Source of the DNA: Candidatus Acetothermia bacterium
GTDB lineage: Bacteria; Bipolaricaulota; Bipolaricaulia; M55B111
Direction of reading: 5' to 3'
Length of the DNA stretch: 21,419 bases
Assembly (NCBI GenBank): GCA_046543235.1
Contig: JBKGZT010000023.1
Span: forward strand, 1 to 21,419
Within the stretch, counting starts at the first letter, position 1. Each line of letters starts with the position of its first letter. The notes under the pieces are model-generated. The model saw nothing but the letters and a program-made list of their open reading frames with translations. It was not told the origin of the DNA and made no database searches. Below, one piece after another: positions 16,383 through 21,419 of the stretch. The position numbers and the translations under genes are program-made.

Positions 16383-16424
16383 TTTGTAGACGTGAAAATC
16401 CCGGTTATAATGATTTGTAGACGT
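16383..16424 (+). repeat. 11-bp direct repeat TTTGTAGACGT x2
   Basis: Exact copies at 16383-16393 and 16414-16424, 31 bp apart. Confidence 0.8.
16384..16411 (+). promoter_or_regulatory. Putative sigma70-type promoter for DUF99-dtd
   Basis: TTGTAG (16384-16389), 16 nt, perfect TATAAT (16406-16411). Flanked by TTTGTAGACGT direct repeats. Confidence 0.55.
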
Positions 16425-16498
16425 AGGCATTGGAAAGCAGAATTTTCGACCGACCAACTATCGATTTAGAACAGGAGAGTTACGTCAGAGCTCGAACC

Positions 16499-17068
16499 AT
16501 GAACTTCAAGAAGGAAGGCAAAATCGTCGGCTGGGACGACGGATCGTTCCGGTTCGAACAAGAAGAAAGCGTCCCCCTGGTGGGAATAGTTATGAGTGGA
16601 GGAGAGCGGGTTGAAGGGGTAATCAAAAGGGAGATAGAAGTCGACGGGCTAGGAGTAACCGACGAACTAATCGCTGCTATAAACGACAGCAAGCACCACG
16701 AAGAACTAAACCTGATCTCGCTGTCGGGGGTAACTTTTGCCGGCTTTAACGTAGTCGATATTCGGAAACTGGCGAGTACCACGGGGTTACCAGTTCTGGT
16801 GGTGACAAGAAAAAAGGTCGACTTTGATGCATTCAAGGAAGGTTTAAGGAACCTTCCGTATTTTCAGGAACGTTGGTCCAGGGTAAAAAAAGCCGGAGAG
16901 ATCCACGAGTACGGGTCGGAAAAAGGGCAACTTTACTTCCAGACTGCTTCCATTCCGCCGGACGAAGCGGAGAGGGTTATTGAAATCACTTCCGACGTTT
17001 CTAACCTGCCGGAACCGCTTCGGCTAGCTGACATGATAGCCCGGGCTCTGGTGAGAGGAGAAAGCTAA
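16499..17068 (+). CDS. DUF99 / UPF0215 family protein (endonuclease V-like, 'endonuclease dU')
   Basis: KKEGKIVGWDDGSF, EVDGLGVT, GVTFAGFNVVD, TGLPVLVV, C-terminal LPEPLRLA. ATG 16499 matches the family N-terminus as I recall it; the start is uncertain (TTG 16430 is in frame). Confidence 0.85.
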   Translation: MNFKKEGKIVGWDDGSFRFEQEESVPLVGIVMSGGERVEGVIKREIEVDGLGVTDELIAAINDSKHHEELNLISLSGVTFAGFNVVDIRKLASTTGLPVLVVTRKKVDFDAFKEGLRNLPYFQERWSRVKKAGEIHEYGSEKGQLYFQTASIPPDEAERVIEITSDVSNLPEPLRLADMIARALVRGES

Positions 17069-17082
17069 ACAAAGGGGGATAT

Positions 17083-17523
17083 ATGAAAGCGCTGATTCAA
17101 GTAGTGGAAGAAGCCAAAGTAACGATCGAAGGGAAAGCGGGCGGATCGATAAACTCCGGTATTCTGGTTTTTCTCGGAGTAAAGGAAGGCGACAGTGCCT
17201 CCCGTGCGGAAGACCTCGCAGATAAAATATTAAACCTCAGGATCCTCCCGGACGAACATGGAGACATGAACCTCTCGATACTCGACGTAGAAGGCGAAGT
17301 CATGGTCATTTCACAGTTCACCCTCTACGGGGAGATCAACTCGGGCAGGAGGCCGAATTTCACGAGAGCCGGTGATTACGGGGAGGCGAAAGAGCTCTAT
17401 CGACATTTCGTCGATCACCTCAAAAAGAACGCACCTAACCGAGTCGAGACCGGTAAATTCGGAAGCCATATGAAGATCCATCTAACAAACGATGGTCCGA
17501 TCACGTTTCTGTTGGAAAGTTGA
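17083..17523 (+). CDS. dtd: D-aminoacyl-tRNA deacylase
   Basis: 146 aa. MKALIQ.V..A.V, SQFTL, GRRP.F, G.FG.HM, NDGPIT signature motifs. Confidence 0.96.
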   Translation: MKALIQVVEEAKVTIEGKAGGSINSGILVFLGVKEGDSASRAEDLADKILNLRILPDEHGDMNLSILDVEGEVMVISQFTLYGEINSGRRPNFTRAGDYGEAKELYRHFVDHLKKNAPNRVETGKFGSHMKIHLTNDGPITFLLES

Positions 17524-17548
17524 CAAGGGGGAGTTGCTCTATTAAAAT
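17520..17548 (+). promoter_or_regulatory. Near-consensus sigma70 promoter for rpmF
   Basis: TTGACA (17520-17525, overlapping the dtd TGA stop), 17 nt, TAAAAT (17543-17548). Confidence 0.78.
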
Positions 17549-17607
17549 CAGTTAGATTTTTAGCGACAATAATTTAACAATACAACTATCTACCTGAGGG
17601 GGAAATT

Positions 17608-17796
17608 ATGGCAGTACCAAAGTTCAGAACATCCAGGTCCAAAAAAAGAGCAAGGCACGCCGGAAACAAGCCCGTCGTCAACCCTACTTCCACGGAATGT
17701 CCGCACTGCCACGAACTAAAATTGCCACATCGTGTCTGTGGAAATTGCGGCTATTACGACGGCGAACAGGTCATGGAAGTAGAGGAAGAAGAGTAA
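17608..17796 (+). CDS. rpmF: 50S ribosomal protein L32, Zn-ribbon (C+) form
   Basis: MAVPK.RTS.SKK..R, CPHC...KLPHRVC..CGYY.G. SD GAGGGGG. Confidence 0.97.
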   Translation: MAVPKFRTSRSKKRARHAGNKPVVNPTSTECPHCHELKLPHRVCGNCGYYDGEQVMEVEEEE

Positions 17797-18008
17797 CTCT
17801 TCACTTCCTAGTCCCTCCTTGCCATCCTCCCAGAACCGTCAAGTTCCACCTTAAGAATTTTCCCCGGATGGACAGACACCACGAACCTCTTTAAACTTTC
17901 CCTTGCTGGTTTTATTTTTAACTGGGGGTAGCGATAAAGATCCATAGTATCAACGCCGGTCGTTTCTTCGGTGAATTTATCTGAACCTATCGACACTTCG
18001 TGATTAAT

Positions 18009-18470
18009 ATGGGTAAAACCGCAGCCAGAAACAAGAGGGCTTATCGTGATTTCGACTTCGAAGAATTTTACGAAGCCGGGATCGTTCTCAGGGGCACCGA
18101 GGTAAAGAGCCTCCGGCAGGGTCGGTGTAGCTTAAAGGACGGCTACGCCAAGGTTACGGACGGCGAAGTATTCCTTCATAACGTCCATATAGCTAGATAC
18201 GAACAGGGCAATAGGGAGAATCACGAACCGAGAAGGAAACGTAAGCTTTTGCTGAGAAAGCCTGAGATCAAGAGGCTGATCGGGAAAACCCAGCAGAAGG
18301 GATATTCCCTGATACCCGTGGAAATCTACTTCAAAAACGGCTATGCCAAGGTCAAGCTAGGGCTGGGAAGGGGAAGAAAAGAGTACGACAAGAGGCGCAA
18401 AATCAAGAAGAAGGACCAGGAAAGGAGAATTGAAAAGAAACTAAAGGAGCACAGCAGGGGGGAGTTCTAA
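18009..18470 (+). CDS. smpB: SsrA-binding protein
   Basis: NKRA..D, EAGIVLRGTEVKSLR, NHEPRRKRKLLL, GRGRKEYDKR. ATG 18009 chosen; GTG 18000 is an in-frame alternative. Confidence 0.97.
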   Translation: MGKTAARNKRAYRDFDFEEFYEAGIVLRGTEVKSLRQGRCSLKDGYAKVTDGEVFLHNVHIARYEQGNRENHEPRRKRKLLLRKPEIKRLIGKTQQKGYSLIPVEIYFKNGYAKVKLGLGRGRKEYDKRRKIKKKDQERRIEKKLKEHSRGEF

Positions 18471-18479
18471 ACTCACAAA

Positions 18480-19037
18480 ATGGCAAAGGAGCCGGAAAAC
18501 TATCTCGTCAGAGAGGTCAACGGGAGCAAACTGGAGCTACTGGAGGGGGACATAACGCGCCAGGAGACCGAAGCGGTAGTAAACGCGGCAAACAAGAGAC
18601 TGGCGCCCGGAGGCGGCGTAGCAGGGGCTATACACCGAGCCGCCGGCCCTAAGCTATGGGAAGAGAGCAGAAAGCTGGGAGGATGCGAAACCGGAGAAGC
18701 AAAAATAACCGGCGGTTACGAACTACCGGCGTCCTACGTCATCCATACCGTGGGACCGGTTTACAGCGGTTCACCCGAGGATCCAGAGCTTCTGGAGTCC
18801 TCCTACAAAAATAGCCTGGAGCTGGCAAAGGAGAAAGGTATAGAAAGCGTGTCCTTCCCCGCTCTCAGTACCGGTGCCTTCGGTTATCCCGAAAAGGAGG
18901 CCGGGGAAATAGCTTTGAAAACCATCAAGGATTTCCTGGAGAACAACTCGGTGCCGGAACTGGTTAGACTCGTCCTTTACGGAAAAACCTCCTTCAGGAC
19001 TCACGAGGAAATCCTGGAAAGTATCTTCGACAAATAA
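18480..19037 (+). CDS. Macro domain protein (MacroD/YmdB-like O-acetyl-ADP-ribose deacetylase / ADP-ribosylhydrolase)
   Basis: GDIT, VVNAAN..L.PGGGVAGAIHRAAG, VIHTVGP, SFPALSTGAFGYP. Confidence 0.94.
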   Translation: MAKEPENYLVREVNGSKLELLEGDITRQETEAVVNAANKRLAPGGGVAGAIHRAAGPKLWEESRKLGGCETGEAKITGGYELPASYVIHTVGPVYSGSPEDPELLESSYKNSLELAKEKGIESVSFPALSTGAFGYPEKEAGEIALKTIKDFLENNSVPELVRLVLYGKTSFRTHEEILESIFDK

Positions 19038-19075
19038 CCACCTACCTTAAAAACCACCACCTGAAAGCGCTTTGA

Positions 19076-20758
<1,683 letters not shown>

Positions 20759-20774
20759 CGAACCAGCTGGAAAT

Positions 20775-21419
20775 CTACTGTTCTCTCCGGTAGAGCTTTT
20801 TACTGATTATCAGGTATAAGGATACGAACACGACCGGAATGCTTATAAGGTGGGCCGCCCTTATCGGCCCAACCCACAAACTCCCCGCCCGAAAGAAGCT
20901 GACGGCCGAACGGACGACGGAATAAAGAACGAGGTAAAGCAAGAACACAAATCCTTTTTTGAACCCTCTATCCCTCAACCGCCAGAGCAGGAAGAAAACC
21001 ACCAGGTTCAGCAGCAGCTCGTAGAGCATCGTCGGGTGGAGCTTCTGACCGGGAAACTCCGCTCCCGCCGCGGTGTTCCGGGAGAACTCCACCCCCCAGG
21101 GGGCCTTCGTCGGGTAACCATGGGCGTCCCCGTTCATGAAATTGCCGAGTCGCCCTATCGCCTGAGCGAGAAGGATCGCGGGAGCCACGGCGTCGAGGAA
21201 ATCCAATAACGGAACGTCCTTCCACTTCACGTAGATGGCCAGCCCGACCGCTCCTCCCAGCAAGCCCCCGTGAACCCCAAGTCCGGCCAGGCCGTAACCG
21301 TCTGGTCCAAAACCGGCCAAGGCTAAGGGGTGCTCCACGAAATAGGACAGATGAAAGGCGGCATAGTACAACCGGGCCCCGAGAAGACCAAGAGGGAAGG
21401 CCAGGAGGGAGAAATCAAT
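20775..21419 (-). CDS. lgt: Prolipoprotein diacylglyceryl transferase, 5'-truncated by the window edge
   Basis: Frame open to the window end (IDFSLLAFPLGLLGARLYY). GL.VHGGLLGG, QAIGRLGNFMNG, HPTMLYE signatures. Confidence 0.95.
   Translation of the reverse strand: MDFSLLAFPLGLLGARLYYAAFHLSYFVEHPLALAGFGPDGYGLAGLGVHGGLLGGAVGLAIYVKWKDVPLLDFLDAVAPAILLAQAIGRLGNFMNGDAHGYPTKAPWGVEFSRNTAAGAEFPGQKLHPTMLYELLLNLVVFFLLWRLRDRGFKKGFVFLLYLVLYSVVRSAVSFFRAGSLWVGPIRAAHLISIPVVFVSLYLIISKKLYRREQ

Noticed and set aside
16239-16457. 72-aa minus-strand ORF in the divergent intergenic region
   Set aside because: No SD or recognisable motif, and it overlaps the putative plus-strand promoter.
17797-18008. tmRNA (ssrA) next to smpB
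   Set aside because: Too short, with no tRNA-like acceptor or T-arm ends and no tag reading frame.

Overview
Bacterial window of roughly 50% GC encoding visibly Glu/Asp-rich proteins. This suggests an anaerobic halophile, possibly Ca. Bipolaricaulota/Acetothermia-like, which is inference only. The left 13.6 kb is a minus-strand catabolic gene cluster. In transcription order it reads: FadR-type GntR regulator, non-pyrrolysine MttB-family methyltransferase, Zn-motif UroD/MtaA-family methyltransferase, divergent MmgE/PrpD-family protein, an Opp/Dpp-type ABC importer (two paralogous Tat-exported binding proteins, two permeases, one fused double ATPase), and an aldehyde:ferredoxin oxidoreductase that runs off the left edge and is absent from the ORF track. 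This cluster is the best candidate for an undescribed system, probably uptake and cobalamin-dependent demethylation of a methylated solute; no corrinoid protein lies in the window. Next come a polar amino-acid ABC cassette lacking an ATPase and an AT-rich divergent promoter region. A plus-strand housekeeping run follows (DUF99, dtd, rpmF, smpB, macro domain, pyrG), converging on a partial lgt. Non-coding signals include a related palindromic element after two unrelated binding-protein genes, a FadR-type operator, direct repeats around a promoter, and an apparently leaderless pyrG promoter with pyrC-like start-site geometry. I saw no rRNA, tRNA, CRISPR array or mobile element.
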